Source: Longimicrobiales bacterium (GTDB lineage Bacteria; Gemmatimonadota; Gemmatimonadetes; Longimicrobiales; Gaopeijiaceae). Taken from it: 64,000 nucleotides of DNA. The notes under the pieces were generated by a model, which did no database searches, had not been told where the DNA came from, and was given only the letters and a program-made list of their open reading frames with translations. The stretch covers positions 1-64,000 of the forward strand of contig CBDCNQ010000003.1 of the NCBI GenBank assembly GCA_965219445.1, written 5' to 3'. Position 1 is the first letter of the stretch, and each line of letters begins with the position of its first letter. Position numbers and translations under genes: made by a program. Below are positions 19,933 to 29,831 of the stretch, piece by piece.

Positions 19933-20300
19933 TGAGGGAGGGAATATAGAGGGAGGGCAGAAGGGGCTCAAGAACGATGAATCTCGGTGAGTCCACTCTG
20001 GAACGGCGGGAGTTCTTGTCGGTCGGAGGCGCGACGATCGCGGGGGCGGGGGCGTTTGGCTTCAAGACGGCTTTCGTTCCGTGACCGCTCGAAAGGGGGC
20101 CAGACCGGGTCATCGATATTACGCCCCGATCCAGCGTTCGACGGCAACGCGACGACTGCACAGCTCGAGGGTGGCACTCTCCCGAGTCCCGTTCAGCTAT
20201 CCTCCAAGACGCTCATCATCTCTAGGTTGACGGCGCTACCGTTATCGAGGGTAAACCACTTGTTGAAGAGTCAAATTCGACGTAATTTTGTGGTATCTCC

Positions 20301-20358
20301 CCCATTGGGGCGCAAGCTCCGTGGGCCCCCTCGAGTCACTGGCTCGGGGGTTTTTTTT
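20301..20358 (+). terminator. GNRA hairpin followed by an intrinsic terminator
   Basis: Hairpin CCCATTGGGGC-GCAA-GCTCCGTGGG, then CCCCCTCGAGTCACTGGCTCGGGGG + T8. Confidence 0.7.
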
Positions 20359-20568
20359 GGGAATTATATACGATCTTACCCTTGACCTTGCTGCCCCCAA
20401 TGGGGGTAAAATCCTCCCGGCACCAAGGGTCCACCTGCTAAATACAACAGCCGTTGGACCCAAGACACCGGGGTAGCTCCCCACCGCCAGGCGAATAAGC
20501 AGGGCTTTTGCGTGTAGTTCCCTGCGTGATGGTGCCCAAGACCCGGCACCTTAACGGAGGCGCGCACT

Positions 20569-21097
20569 ATGTTCCAACGGATGATGTTGATTGGAGTTCT
20601 AGTCTTGTTGCCTGGTTGCTCGTTGGCATTCGTCGATGGACCACCCCCGAACCTCCCAGATACCTACAAACCCTTTGGTGTCGCCCTGCACCACAAGCAA
20701 GCTGTTTCCTATCCTGGATTTGGGTGGAACCGCAGTGTACGCACTTGCCTTTGGGAGCGTTTTGGGCATGACCGATGAGCAGGCTCGTGATCAGTACAAC
20801 GCCGGCAAAACTTCCCTGCTCGTCACAACCGGGCTTATGGGACTATTGTTCTCGACCTCATCCCAGGGTGGCTTCGGGAAAGTAAGGGAGTGCCGGAATG
20901 CCCTATTGACGATGACCCTGACCCTCACTCCTTCTCGGGCTTCTCTTGGTCCTCATACCGCCAATTCTTCTTGGGCGGCGTCTGAACAAGGGCTCGGGCC
21001 ACTTCCTCCGGTGTGGCACCTTTCGCCAACCGGATCGGCTTTTCCATGGCGGGCACCTTCTTCTTTGCGGCCACTTAAAGGTCTCCAGGAACGGTAG
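20569..21097 (+). CDS. IS passenger lipoprotein-like protein (frameshifted in this copy)
   Basis: MFQRMMLIGVLVLLPGCS lipobox; the N-terminal frame is intact in copy 2. Confidence 0.5.
20925..21047 (-). CDS. 40-aa IS-associated peptide
   Basis: MEKPIRLAKGATPEEVARALVQTPPKKNWRYEDQEKPEKE, read manually. Confidence 0.5.
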   Translation of the reverse strand: MEKPIRLAKGATPEEVARALVQTPPKKNWRYEDQEKPEKE

Positions 21098-21430
21098 AAA
21101 CGATGGCTAACGAGGGGATTGGGGATCTTACAACCGAGCAAGTGCGCGAGAGATTTGGTCAGCCCGTTCTACTGAAAGGTGGTGATCTTTACCGCACTCG
21201 AAATGGAAAAAGATGGACTAGTTCTAGTTCTTCGGACGACTCAGCCTGCTCCCCAGGTGACTCAAGATTTTGAGTTACCGGCGGCAGACCGTCCGTTGTC
21301 GGCCGATCATCAGGTCCTTGTGGGGCTTGCGAAGCAGATTCTGCGACAACTCGAGCCGACGTTTGAGGATCAGATCCTCGCGACGTTGAGAAGAATCGAA
21401 ACAGCCCTGACAGAAAAGCCTTGATCTTTT

Positions 21431-22356
21431 TCATGCGATCAGATCCTTGTAGCGTAGCCGTTTCCCGCACATGCCGACTGCGATCAGCCGCATCTGGACT
21501 AGCGTGTCGGGAGAAGCGTTGGTTGTGGCGGCCGCTGAACTCCTTGACGTAGCGCCCCAAGTGCTTCGGGCTCATCCGATGATACGTCCCGTAGTAGCCA
21601 CGTTTCAGCATGGCCCAAAAGCTCTCGATGCCATTGGTGTGGGCTTGGCCCCTGACATACTCACCCATGTTGTGCCGCACGGCCTCATGATCCATAGGAT
21701 AAGCGGCATTCCCGTCTGTGTACAGCTTCGCGCCCGCCCGTACCCGCTCTTGGATGAATGAGCCAAGCGTCTCCGAGTCTACGCGGGTGACCGGCGCGGC
21801 TATCACCATCGTTTGTGGCGCGATCCTTCACGCCCACGACCGCCACCTTGCCTACCGCGCCCCGGCCAGCCCGTAACTTCTTGCGCGAGTGCTTGTTACG
21901 CTCTTTGCCACCGACGTAGGTTTCGTCGATCTCGACCGGGCCGGAGAACAGGCCCCTGTGATCCTCCAGAGCCTCACGGATGCGGTGGCCTAGGTGCCAT
22001 GCCGTCTTCTGCGTGATCCCCAGGTCACGGTGCAACTTCATGCTCGAAACGCCCTTGATCCCGGTCGCCAGAAGGTAAACCGCAATGGCCCACTTCTGGA
22101 GCCCAAGATTTGAGCTCTGCATCACGGTGCCCGTCTTCACGCTGAAATCCTTGCGGCAAGAGCGGCAACGGTACGGTTGCGGCTTGCGTGTGGCCCGCTC
22201 CTGCACGTTCTCGGAGTTGCACCTAGGGCAGCGCACACCATCTGCCCACCTGGCGCTCACGAACCACGCCTCAGCCGCCGCGTCATCCGGAAACATCCGC
22301 ATCAGATCGACCAGTGAAAGCCCTTCCCTGTGATACTTGCCTGGCGCCTTGCCCAT
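21431..22356 (-). CDS. IS1595-family (ISXO2-like DDE) transposase; two +1 indels
   Basis: Zn ribbon CPRC...CRSC, LHRDLG, VEIDETYVGG, LYTDG, HTNGIESFW, YVKEF. Confidence 0.9.
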
Positions 22357-22439
22357 TATGTAACTCCTTTCTCTATACTAATTTATAGAATGTTACCCAA
22401 GGAGTCGAGGGTAAGAGGGTAGGATCGTATATAATTCCC

Positions 22440-22693
22440 ATTGCTTTCAGCTGTTCAGTGACGAGTGTGCGAACGACTTCGAAGCCGGCATGCAAGTCGG
22501 CCTGCCCGCAGCCGGAATAGGGGCCCTGATCGGCGCCGGCATCGGACTGACGATCAGTCACTACGGCCCATGGGAGACCGTAGCCGATCTCGGAGCACCG
22601 GGCCGTTCCGGTGCCCAGAACAGGGTGAGCATCAACCTGCTGCCCTACCCTGACGGGCGTATCGCGTTGGGGGTCACCCTGAGAGGCCGTTGA
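22440..22693 (+). pseudogene. 3' half of the secreted/membrane protein gene split at 25471
   Basis: (Y)CFQLFSDECANDFEAGMQVGLPAAGIGALIGAGIG... continues in frame from ...FLFGYCF. Confidence 0.8.
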
Positions 22694-23363
22694 GCCCCCT
22701 CTGACCTCCCTCTCGCCCTGCAGTGGGCTTGCTCGCTTGTTCTTCACGCCATTTTGGGGGGCAGTGAATCTCGCTACCATCCCTCCTTACCAAGGGGTCC
22801 GGGAAGACATGCTTGGCATAGCGATGCGCGCGGATTCGGAAATGAACGTCAGCGGCATCCTTGAGGATATTGTTCTGCCTCTTGTATGGGAATGCGAAGC
22901 AAACACGTCGGCCTGGGTACATGCGACGAACCGCCCGCACCGCAGGCATAAGGTCTGTGTCGCCGGATATGATAAACGCGCAGTCGGCTGCATCAGTGTG
23001 GAACAACTCCAATAACGTGACTGCGATAGCTACGTCAGTCTCCTTTTCCTCGTGACCTTGGGCTGTCTTCTTGAAAGCCGCGAGGTGCACCTTGACATCC
23101 GCATTCTTTAGGGCCTCAATGAGGGTTTCGTGGCGCTTCACGATCCCTGGGTTTCTGGACTCCATGTGCCTGGCCAGGGCGGAGAAATAGTTCACTTCAG
23201 AGACGTAAGCCTCGCGTGGCATCTCTCCGCAATCCCTGATTATCGACGCGCACAAACTGGGAATATCAAGCCACTTCAACATCGGACCTCCGTGGCCATC
23301 TCGGATTACGTCTTTGATAGAATGGTACAGGTTGAACCCGTCGATGAGAAAAGCCGTTCTCAT
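22674..23363 (-). CDS. NYN-domain (PIN-like) ribonuclease
   Basis: FLIDGFNLY, EEKETDVAIA, IISGDTDLMP. Confidence 0.9.
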   Translation of the reverse strand: MRTAFLIDGFNLYHSIKDVIRDGHGGPMLKWLDIPSLCASIIRDCGEMPREAYVSEVNYFSALARHMESRNPGIVKRHETLIEALKNADVKVHLAAFKKTAQGHEEKETDVAIAVTLLELFHTDAADCAFIISGDTDLMPAVRAVRRMYPGRRVCFAFPYKRQNNILKDAADVHFRIRAHRYAKHVFPDPLVRRDGSEIHCPPKWREEQASKPTAGREGGQRGLNGLSG

Positions 23364-23475
23364 GGGTCCGACTCCATAAAGGAGTAAAAAAAGGGAATTA
23401 TATACGATCCTACCCTCTTACCCTCGACTCCTTGGGTAACATTCTATAAATTAGTATAGAGAAAGGAGTTACATA

Positions 23476-24397
23476 ATGGGCAAGGCGCCAGGCAAGTATC
23501 ACAGGGAAGGGCTTTCACTGGTCGATCTGATGCGGATGTTTCCGGATGACGCGGCGGCTGAGGCGTGGTTCGTGAGCGCCAGGTGGGCAGATGGTGTGCG
23601 CTGCCCTAGGTGCAACTCCGAGAACGTGCAGGAGCGGGCCACACGCAAGCCGCAACCGTACCGTTGCCGCTCTTGCCGCAAGGATTTCAGCGTGAAGACG
23701 GGCACCGTGATGCAGAGCTCAAATCTTGGGCTCCAGAAGTGGGCCATTGCGGTTTACCTTCTGGCGACCGGGATCAAGGGCGTTTCGAGCATGAAGTTGC
23801 ACCGTGACCTGGGATCACGCAGAAGACGGCATGGCACCTAGGCCACCGCATCCGTGAGGCTCTGGAGGATCACAGGGCCTGTTCTCCGGCCCGGTCGAGA
23901 TCGACGAAACCTACGTCGGTGGCAAAGAGCGTAACAAGCACTCGCGCAAGAAGTTACGGGCTGGCCGGGGCGCGGTAGGCAAGGTGGCGGTCGTGGGCGT
24001 GAAGGATCGCGCCACAAACGATGTGATAGCCGCGCCGGTCACCCGCGTAGACTCGGAGACGCTTGGCTCATTCATCCAAGAGCGGGTACGGGCGGGCGCG
24101 AAGCTGTACACAGACGGGAATGCCGCTTATCCTATGGATCATGAGGCCGTGCGGCACAACATGGGTGAGTATGTCAGGGGCCAAGCCCACACCAATGGCA
24201 TCGAGAGCTTTTGGGCCATGCTGAAACGTGGCTACTACGGGACGTATCATCGGATGAGCCCGAAGCACTTGGGGCGCTACGTCAAGGAGTTCAGCGGCCG
24301 CCACAACCAACGCTTCTCCGACACGCTAGTCCAGATGCGGCTGATCGCAGTCGGCATGTGCGGGAAACGGCTACGCTACAAGGATCTGATCGCATGA
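23476..24397 (+). CDS. IS1595-family transposase; two -1 indels
   Basis: Same motifs as copy 1, split over ORFs 23476 and 23984. Confidence 0.9.
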
Positions 24398-24403
24398 AAA
24401 AGA

Positions 24404-24724
24404 TCAAGGCTTTTCTGTCAGGGCTGTTTCGATTCTTCTCAACGTCGCGAGGATCTGATCCTCAAACGTCGGCTCGAGTTGTCGCAGAATCTGCTTCGCA
24501 AGCCCCACAAGGACCTGATGATCGGCCGACAACGGACGGTCTGCCGCCGGTAACTCAAAATCTTGAGTCACCTGGGGAGCAGGCTGAGTCGTCCGAAGAA
24601 CTAGAACTAGTCCATCTTTTCCATTTCGAGTGCGGTAAAGATCACCACCTTTCAGTAGAACGGGCTGACCAAATCTCTCGCGCACTTGCTCGGTTGTAAG
24701 ATCCCCAATCCCCTCGTTAGCCAT
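24404..24724 (-). CDS. IS passenger hypothetical protein (106 aa)
   Basis: MANEGIGDLTTEQ...LRRIETALTEKP; frameshifted equivalent at ~21102-21424. Confidence 0.5.
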   Translation of the reverse strand: MANEGIGDLTTEQVRERFGQPVLLKGGDLYRTRNGKDGLVLVLRTTQPAPQVTQDFELPAADRPLSADHQVLVGLAKQILRQLEPTFEDQILATLRRIETALTEKP

Positions 24725-24748
24725 CGTTTCTACCGTTCCTGGAGACCT

Positions 24749-25258
24749 TTAAGTGGCCGCAAAGAAGAAGGTGCCCGCGCATGGAAAAGCCGATCCGGTT
24801 GGCGAAAGGTGCCACACCGGAGGAAGTGGCCCGAGCCCTTGTTCAGACGCCGCCCAAGAAGAATTGGCGGTATGAGGACCAAGAGAAGCCCGAGAAGGAG
24901 TGAGGGTCAGGGTCATCGTCAATAGGGCATTCCGGCACTCCCTTACTTTCCCGAAGCCACCCTGGGATGAGGTCGAGAACAATAGTCCCATAAGCCCGGT
25001 TGTGACGAGCAGGGAAGTTTTGCCGGCGTTGTACTGATCACGAGCCTGCTCATCGGTCATGCCCAAAACGCTCCCAAAGGCAAGTGCGTACACTGCGGTT
25101 CCACCCAAATCCAGGATAGGAAACAGCTTGCTTGTGGTGCAGGGCGACACCAAAGGGTTGTAGGTATCTGGGAGGTTCGGGGGTGGTCCATCGACGAATG
25201 CCAACGAGCAACCAGGCAACAAGACTAGAACTCCAATCAACATCATCCGTTGGAACAT
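24749..25258 (-). CDS. IS passenger lipoprotein-like protein
   Basis: Lipobox LLPGC, GGAGG RBS, two hydrophobic segments. Confidence 0.55.
   Translation of the reverse strand: MFQRMMLIGVLVLLPGCSLAFVDGPPPNLPDTYNPLVSPCTTSKLFPILDLGGTAVYALAFGSVLGMTDEQARDQYNAGKTSLLVTTGLMGLLFSTSSQGGFGKVRECRNALLTMTLTLTPSRASLGPHTANSSWAASEQGLGPLPPVWHLSPTGSAFPCAGTFFFAAT
24781..24903 (+). CDS. 40-aa IS-associated peptide
   Basis: ATG 24781 to TGA 24903, MEKPIRLAKGATPEEVARALVQTPPKKNWRY... Confidence 0.5.
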   Translation: MEKPIRLAKGATPEEVARALVQTPPKKNWRYEDQEKPEKE

Positions 25259-25470
25259 AGTGCGCGCCTCCGTTAAGGTGCCGGGTCTTGGGCACCATCA
25301 CGCAGGGAACTACACGCAAAAGCCCTGCTTATTCGCCTGGCGGTGGGGGAGCTACCCCGGTGTCTTGGGTCCAACGGCTGTTGTATTTAGCAGGTGGACC
25401 CTTGGTGCCGGGAGGATTTTACCCCCATTGGGGGCAGCAAGGTCAAGGGGTAAGATCGTATATAATTCCC

Positions 25471-25818
25471 AAAGCAATAACCGAAGAGGAAACCCGTAGT
25501 ACCTAGAATCGCTCCACCGTACACGGCACCTCGACGCGCTTTGTTGCCGAGTCGGAGGGAGCGTTCAAGCGACTCGACCTCTGCGAAATCCACACGGCGT
25601 GGCCCTGACTCCCCTCTTACGTCGATCTCGAACCCGTCGTCCCATATCTGGGTTACGCTGCCCCCGAACGGTGCTACGTCGGGATCGAGAGGAACGACTT
25701 GTGCTTTGCTGCCTTGCTGCAGCTGCGGCCCCTGTGCAAGAACCCCATGTGCAGAGGCTACCTGGGGCACGAACGCGAATAGCAGTACGACGCGGATTCT
25801 GGCGGCAAAGTGCCTCAT
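25471..25818 (-). pseudogene. 5' half of a secreted/membrane protein gene interrupted by the IS
   Basis: Signal peptide MRHFAARIRVVLLFAFVPQVASA; interrupted at GYCF by the IS TIR. Confidence 0.75.
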
Positions 25819-26024
25819 GATTTCTCCCGTTGTGGCTCGGCTGGCCTTCTGGCCGTTAGACTCGATCACAAGCTGCCACGGATCGGGAGACTTCTTCATA
25901 CGTCGGATGACGTAGCGATAGCCGTCAGACTACGTAGAGCGGTGAGCGGTGAAGTAGAACGTATCGGGATCCGATCCGGTCCGGTCCTTGCCGCAGCACA
26001 CGCCTTAGACGCATGTTGTCTGCC

Positions 26025-26243
26025 ATGTCCGATCCCGTCACCCGCCTCAACGCAGCCCTCTCGGGCCGCTACGCGATCGAGCGTGAGCTGGGCGAGGGCG
26101 GCATGGCCACGGTGTATCTGGCCGACGATCTCAAGCATGAGCGCAAGGTCGCTCTAAAGGTCCTCAGGCCTGAGTTGGCCGCGGTGGTCGGTGCGGAACG
26201 CTTTCTGGCCGAGATCAAGACCACCGCGAACCTCACTCACCCG
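26025..26243 (+). pseudogene. Ser/Thr protein kinase N-terminal fragment
   Basis: [19 protein letters not shown]...VALKVL...[15 protein letters not shown], then truncated. Confidence 0.85.
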
Positions 26244-26248
26244 CCCGA

Positions 26249-26482
26249 GCCAAAGGCTGCACGCGCGGACAGCTCGCTCTTGCGTGGCTCCTCGCGCAGG
26301 AGGACTACATTGCCCCCATACCCGGCACTAAGCGCGTGAAGTATCTGGAAGAGAACGCCAACGCCCCGAGTATCGAGCTCGGCGAGAGCGAGCTCGGTCA
26401 GATCGAAGCGCTGTTCGCGCCCGACAACATCGCCGGTGACCGCTATGCGCCGGAACTCATGCGTTTGCTGGACCGCGACTGA
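26249..26482 (+). pseudogene. aldo/keto reductase C-terminal fragment
   Basis: Manual translation [37 protein letters not shown]...GDRY. Confidence 0.8.
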
Positions 26483-26535
26483 AGCGGCTCAACTGTACGG
26501 CTGGGCGGCGAGCTGCACAGCTTTAGTCTGTCGGT

Positions 26536-26868
26536 TCACCCGCCGGTACGCTCCTCGAGCGCCCGCACGATCCATGAGTTGAGGCTTACGCCGTCGGTGG
26601 ATGCGGCCGCAACTACTTGCTGATGAAGGGTAGGGCCCAAGCGAAGGTTCAGCTTGCCAGAGAACGGCTTGCGTGGCTCAACCCCATCCTCCTGACAAGA
26701 GAGTAGGTACTGGTCCACCGAGAGTTCGAACTCTCTGCGTAACCCCTCGACATTCTCGGCCTCAAAGGTGGCGATCGGGTATGGGCCGCTATTGACCACT
26801 CGGCCATGTAGAAGTCCCACCGACTCGTCGACCTCAACCTCAGCTAGATAGTTCTTGTATTCCATCAT
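26536..26868 (-). CDS. hicB: HicB antitoxin
   Basis: YKNYLAEVE...LHGRV...FSGKLNLRLGPTLH...VSLNSWI. Confidence 0.9.
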   Translation of the reverse strand: MMEYKNYLAEVEVDESVGLLHGRVVNSGPYPIATFEAENVEGLRREFELSVDQYLLSCQEDGVEPRKPFSGKLNLRLGPTLHQQVVAAASTDGVSLNSWIVRALEERTGG

Positions 26869-27122
26869 GTCGGCCTCACTCCGATCGCGTCTAGGAATGC
26901 TGTGATATCACGTACCGTTGCTCTACCAGTTTCGGGGCCCGGATGGGGGCGGTGCACCACCATGCGTTCCGCGCCCTTCTTCAACAACACGCGTGACCCC
27001 GACCGGTCGGTAACCTTGACACCCACGGCACCGAGCAGCGAAGCGATGTCTGCCCACCGAAGCCCCGATGGGGTGGGCCGGCTGAACATCCGCTCCAACG
27101 TACGGCGCTGCTTGCTATTCAC
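26865..27122 (-). CDS. hicA: HicA toxin
   Basis: KQRRTLERMF...WADIASLL...GSRV...HRPHP. Confidence 0.9.
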   Translation of the reverse strand: MNSKQRRTLERMFSRPTPSGLRWADIASLLGAVGVKVTDRSGSRVLLKKGAERMVVHRPHPGPETGRATVRDITAFLDAIGVRPT

Positions 27123-27135
27123 TGTACTATAAAGA

Positions 27136-27165
27136 TACTATGGTACTAAATATAGTACCATAGTA
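27136..27165. promoter_or_regulatory. hicAB operator palindrome
   Basis: TACTATGGTACTA-AATA-TAGTACCATAGTA, perfect 13-bp arms upstream of hicA. Confidence 0.7.
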
Positions 27166-27386
27166 GTTTACAGTGTTGAAGACGTCCCACCTCCCGTGTG
27201 GTTTCAACTTCGAAACCGAATATGTCGGGGCGGTTCGTCCGGTTCCATGTTGAAGTGGGACGATCGGGGGTCGAAAACTGGGCCGAGGAGCTGAGGGGAC
27301 GGGCGGGGAACTAGCGGGTCGACATTCTCAGGATAGGGGCCGGGCCAGCGCCGCTTGCGACGCGGCGCTAACCCGACGGTCCCGAA

Positions 27387-27437
27387 TCCCTATCGGTTTG
27401 CCATTCCTATCGGTTCGCCCTTCCTATCGGCTTGCCG
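27387..27437. repeat. 3 x 17-bp imperfect tandem repeat
   Basis: TCCCTATCGGTTTGCCA / TTCCTATCGGTTCGCCC / TTCCTATCGGCTTGCCG. Confidence 0.75.
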
Positions 27438-27441
27438 CTCC

Positions 27442-28872
27442 TCAAGGCAAATAGGTGTCCCTGATCATGTCGCGGTCCACTCTATGCCCCTGAAGATAGA
27501 CGTCGGCGATTTGCCGCGTGTTGGTGATGTCGTCCAGCGGATTGGCATCGAGCACGATGAACGAGGCGTCTTTGCCCGACTCCATGGTCCCGAGCTGGCT
27601 CAGGCCCATAGCCACCGCCGCGTTTTTCGTCGCGATCTCGATCACCTGCAAGGGCGTCAGTCCCACATCGTCGACCAACAACTCCATGGTCTTGTGTGCC
27701 CGAAAACCGCTCCCCCCGTCCGTGCCCAACGCGATCGTGACCCCTTCGGCATATAGTCTCGCGTGATTGCTTGCGATCCTTTGGTAGATCGCAAGATTGA
27801 ACTCCCGAGCGTCCACGTCGTCCCTCTGTCCCTCATGCGTTCTCGGCTGCGGGCCGTTGATGGCCCTCTCACGGAATGCCTGTGCCTGCTGGGGAGTGGA
27901 CAATTCTCGGAAGAAAGGATCATCCCAAAATGTTGCGGCATCATCCTCGGTAATCGTGTATTCCCAGGGGCCGGCCATGTTCGTTTGCTGGACCGTGTTG
28001 TTGTCCTTCATCAGCTGGACCAATTCGTCGTCGATGAAGTCGCCCCGCACGGGATGTGCGAGCATGTCGGCCCCGGCTCGAGCTACCCCCTTCGCGTCCG
28101 GCATATGCCAGATGTGCGCGTACACGGGGATGTTGTGCTCGTGGGCTTCGTCGATGATGATCCCGTAGAGATTGGGGCTCAACGTGAGCTCCGTCCCGAG
28201 CCTGTCGTCGACCCATATTTTGATGTGATCGACGCCCTGGGCTGCCCGCTCACGGATGTAGATCCTCGCCTGTCTCTCAGTGTATATCCAACTCGTAACA
28301 TCACTGTTGGCCTCGTCCATCCGGGTCCCTTCACCAGCCGCGGCGGCGGCCTGGATCTCTTCCAACTGACCCAATGGAGCACTGGCTCCCCGGCCGCTCA
28401 CCAGAATGCGGGCGGCGTTGGGGTGGTGTTCTGCCCGTACCTGAAACGCGGCCTCCCCAACCCAGCCCGCGGTCGCAACCACTGCAAAGCCGGCGTAGGC
28501 GAGTTGATGTAGGTCGCTGATGAACTCCTCTCGCGAGGCTTGCACGTCTAGCCAGTCCTCGCTCGAGCGCGAGGGTCCGATGTGCATGTGGCTGTTGACC
28601 AGGGTGGGCATGACGGTCTGGCCGGTCAGGTCCACACGAGCCGCACCCGCCGGAGCCTGAATCTGACCCCTGTTGCCGATCCGTGTGAACCTGCCGTTCT
28701 CGACGAGAAAGGCGGAGTTCTCGATGGATGTCGATCCGTCGCCGACGATCAGCCGCGCCCCCTCGTACAGGGTGGCGTTCCCCGTCTGTGCGAGTGCGTC
28801 CTGCGGCCCTCCAAGCTGGACTGAAAGGGCAGCCACCACGAACAGACATCGCAAAATCATGGTCTTTGTCAT
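27442..28872 (-). CDS. secreted amidohydrolase (imidazolonepropionase-like fold)
   Basis: DLTGQTVMP, SHMH, YAH, LAH, GTD, LDANPLDDI; ATG at 28872 with GGAGG. Confidence 0.88.
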   Translation of the reverse strand: MTKTMILRCLFVVAALSVQLGGPQDALAQTGNATLYEGARLIVGDGSTSIENSAFLVENGRFTRIGNRGQIQAPAGAARVDLTGQTVMPTLVNSHMHIGPSRSSEDWLDVQASREEFISDLHQLAYAGFAVVATAGWVGEAAFQVRAEHHPNAARILVSGRGASAPLGQLEEIQAAAAAGEGTRMDEANSDVTSWIYTERQARIYIRERAAQGVDHIKIWVDDRLGTELTLSPNLYGIIIDEAHEHNIPVYAHIWHMPDAKGVARAGADMLAHPVRGDFIDDELVQLMKDNNTVQQTNMAGPWEYTITEDDAATFWDDPFFRELSTPQQAQAFRERAINGPQPRTHEGQRDDVDAREFNLAIYQRIASNHARLYAEGVTIALGTDGGSGFRAHKTMELLVDDVGLTPLQVIEIATKNAAVAMGLSQLGTMESGKDASFIVLDANPLDDITNTRQIADVYLQGHRVDRDMIRDTYLP

Positions 28873-29046
28873 AGGACGGACACCTCCATGCAAATGCCCC
28901 CCCAACCAGCCCGAGCGAGCTACTTGGGGAGGACAAGTAGAGTCGCGCTCTGGCGTCCAATCAGTATGCGGAGGACCATCGTCCCGGGCAACAAAGCCCA
29001 ACTTCAACCCGTGGCGGAACCCTGGCCCATATGTTATCATTAAGTC

Positions 29047-29373
29047 ATGAAGTACGATCATGAACACAACAAACACAAGGCGAAACGTGTGCGGGAGCCC
29101 GCGCAAGTCTACTTGGACGCTCCCGAACAGGATCGGCTGGAGCGCTTGACGGAGGAGCTGGACACCACCAAGTCAGACGTCCTTCGCCGCGGCCTGGAGG
29201 CGTTGGAGCGGGAGCTGTTCGATCCGGAGCACCACCCGGCGCTGCAGATCATCGGGATTGCGGGAGTGGAGCAAGGCCGGGAGTGTGACTTCGACGTAGC
29301 GCGTGAGCACGACCGCTACCTCGCCGGCCTCGAAGACCGTCGGCTCTCGGACGAGAAGCCCGGTGGCGGCTGA
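29047..29373 (+). CDS. RHH/CopG-type antitoxin
   Basis: QVYLD...TKSDVLRRGLEAL...AREHDRYL; overlaps the PIN gene. Confidence 0.75.
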   Translation: MKYDHEHNKHKAKRVREPAQVYLDAPEQDRLERLTEELDTTKSDVLRRGLEALERELFDPEHHPALQIIGIAGVEQGRECDFDVAREHDRYLAGLEDRRLSDEKPGGG

Positions 29374-29779
29374 GCTGTTCGTGGATACCAGCGCCTGGTA
29401 TCCCATCGCAGTGCCGAGTCATTCCGACCACCAGGTCCTCGCGGACGCCTTGACGGCGGAGATCCGTCGTGGCCGGCGGATTGTGACGACGAACCTGATC
29501 GTGGCCGAGACGTACGCGCTGCTGTTGTCTCGCACGCGGCGGCAGGCGGCTCTGGGCTTCCTCCGCGCGGTACGACAATCACCCAACGAAGTGGTGAGCG
29601 CGACGCCGGAACTAGAGGACCACGCGATCACCCATTGGCTCGAGCGTTACGAAGACCAGGACTTCTCCCTGGCCGATGCCGTGAGCTTCGAGGTGATGAC
29701 AGGGAGGGGGATCAGGGAGGTGCTAACGCTGGATGATCACTTTTCCGCGGCGGGCTTCGTGATGGTGCCGGGGCGGTAA
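29363..29779 (+). CDS. vapC: VapC PIN-domain toxin
   Basis: LFVDTSAW, IVAET, SLADAVSF, TLDDHF. Confidence 0.9.
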   Translation: MAAELFVDTSAWYPIAVPSHSDHQVLADALTAEIRRGRRIVTTNLIVAETYALLLSRTRRQAALGFLRAVRQSPNEVVSATPELEDHAITHWLERYEDQDFSLADAVSFEVMTGRGIREVLTLDDHFSAAGFVMVPGR

Positions 29780-29831
29780 CAGCCTTCCTGCCTGGCACTA
29801 GACGACTGATGCTACATCTGGCATACTAAAG

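Larger units (their letters stand above)
20359..22439 (-). mobile_element. IS1595-family element with passenger genes, copy 1
   Basis: 23-bp TIRs GGGAATTATATACGATCYTACCC; transposase; near-identical inverted copy at 23393-25470. Confidence 0.92.
23393..25470 (+). mobile_element. IS1595-family element with passenger genes, copy 2 (inverted)
   Basis: Same TIRs and content as 20359-22439. Confidence 0.92.

Noticed and set aside
20241..20254. Third lox-like site (GTTATCGAGGGTAA)
   Set aside because: Only one arm matches; the other arm and the spacer do not.
20298..20410. Similar CCCCCATTGGGG motif in the target flank and inside the IS end, suggesting guided targeting
   Set aside because: Short low-complexity palindrome, absent at the second insertion site.
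21431..24397. Programmed frameshifting or true inactivation of the IS transposases
   Set aside because: Indels fall at different short-homopolymer positions in each copy (+2 and -2 nt); the consensus is an intact 924-nt ORF, so these are likely sequencing errors. The same probably applies near 15845 and 53040.
27387..27437. CRISPR array
   Set aside because: No spacers and no cas genes; no CRISPR array was seen anywhere in the window.
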